Below, in pieces: positions 63,166 through 64,000 of a stretch of DNA of 64,000 nt; the first letter of the stretch is position 1; each line of letters begins with the position of its first letter. The DNA lies in contig NC_068984.1 in the NCBI RefSeq assembly GCF_001194135.2, positions 115,506,304 to 115,570,303 on the forward strand. The letters run 5' to 3'. The translations under genes and the position numbers were made by a program. Under the pieces are notes generated by a model. That model was not told the DNA's origin. It ran no database searches and was given only the letters and a program-made list of their open reading frames with translations. This DNA is from Octopus bimaculoides (Eukaryota).

Positions 63166-64000
63166 ACCACTAATCGACAATTTAAGGTATTCAGATGAAA
63201 CAATGTTTTGTAAAACGTACTGTCAATAACTACATGTGGAAAATAGGAAGGTGATCCAAAACTGGCGGAGGTATAAAGAATCTGCACACCACCCGTTTTC
63301 GGCGTAACCATACCCCTGAACACCGGGTGTGCGTATTTTTTACCTTCGCCCCGAAACTTACTCAATAAAAAAAGTGTAACCCTGATTTTTGTTTCTTCAT
63401 AACTTTCATAAAAATTGATATTTTTCAAGGAAATACTCTACAAATAACTTTCAGATGGTGGAGATTCTAATCATTTTTTTGGTGGAGATGGAGTATATGT
63501 AATCTGGGTATACCCCCACTTTTAAATTTTGTTTTTTTTTACGGAATCCTATGTTTCAGACCATGGAGAATCCGATTCTGGAAATTTTTTTTCAAAAATC
63601 TCAATTTCAAAATTTCGACCCCCTCGGTTTTTATATAGATCCACAGGGTAAACCTAACCCTAACCCTGACCCTGANNNNNNNNNNACATGTGGAAAATAG
63701 GAAGGTGATCCAAAACTGGCGGAGGTATAAAGAATCTGCACACCACCCGTTTTCGGCGTAACCATACCCCTGAACACCGGGTGTGCGTATTTTTTACCTT
63801 CGCCCCGAAACTTACTCAATAAAAAAAGTGTAACCCTGATTTTTGTTTCTTCATAACTTTCATAAAAATTGATATTTTTCAAGGAAATACTCTACAAATA
63901 ACTTTCAGATGGTGGAGATTCTAATCATTTTTTTAATCCTTTTACTCAAGAGGAATTTCGGCTAATTCATACAAGTCGACTTTGTTTTCTCAATAACTTC
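63160..64000. repeat. Non-autonomous DNA repeat with internal 250-bp identical duplication and (CCCTAA/CCCTGA)n segment
   Basis: 63232-63480 is identical to 63686-63934. AACCTAACCCTAACCCTGACCCTGA occurs just before the gap at 63676. Confidence 0.55.

Noticed and set aside
63655-63675. Telomere
   Set aside because: Only about four degenerate hexamers, internal and embedded in a repeat.

Overview
AT-rich, microsatellite- and SINE-dense eukaryotic (animal) scaffold DNA with 12 assembly gaps. The repeat landscape (tRNA-derived SINEs, RTE-type tails, mariner/Tigger relics, long (TA)n/(CA)n/(TAA)n) is what I associate with an Octopus-type cephalopod genome; this is an inference, not a database result. 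Two protein-coding genes are well supported, both on the minus strand. (1) The first coding exon of a retinoblastoma-like (p107/p130, RBL1/RBL2-type) gene at 10338-10469, with a perfect E2F site about 0.9 kb upstream of the ATG; the rest of the gene was not found and probably lies left of the window. (2) A previously unassembled intron-rich gene from 57495 to 29082. I could stitch 5 core exons, plus 2 candidate cassette exons, with fully consistent splice phases into a 715 (or 775) aa protein. It has a long low-complexity/poly-Asn N-terminus and a highly divergent Sox/HBP1-like HMG box split by an intron. The remainder is mostly transposon debris: two mariner relics and their MITEs, a Tigger/pogo relic, a TAA-targeted Dong/R4-type non-LTR fragment, a gag-like LINE ORF1 relic, piggyBac-like MITEs, Helitron 3' ends, a foldback element and dozens of SINEs. 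Several unexplained exon-like islands are reported at low confidence. No CRISPR array, rRNA or genuine tRNA gene is supported. Most ORFs in the supplied track are microsatellite or N-gap artefacts.
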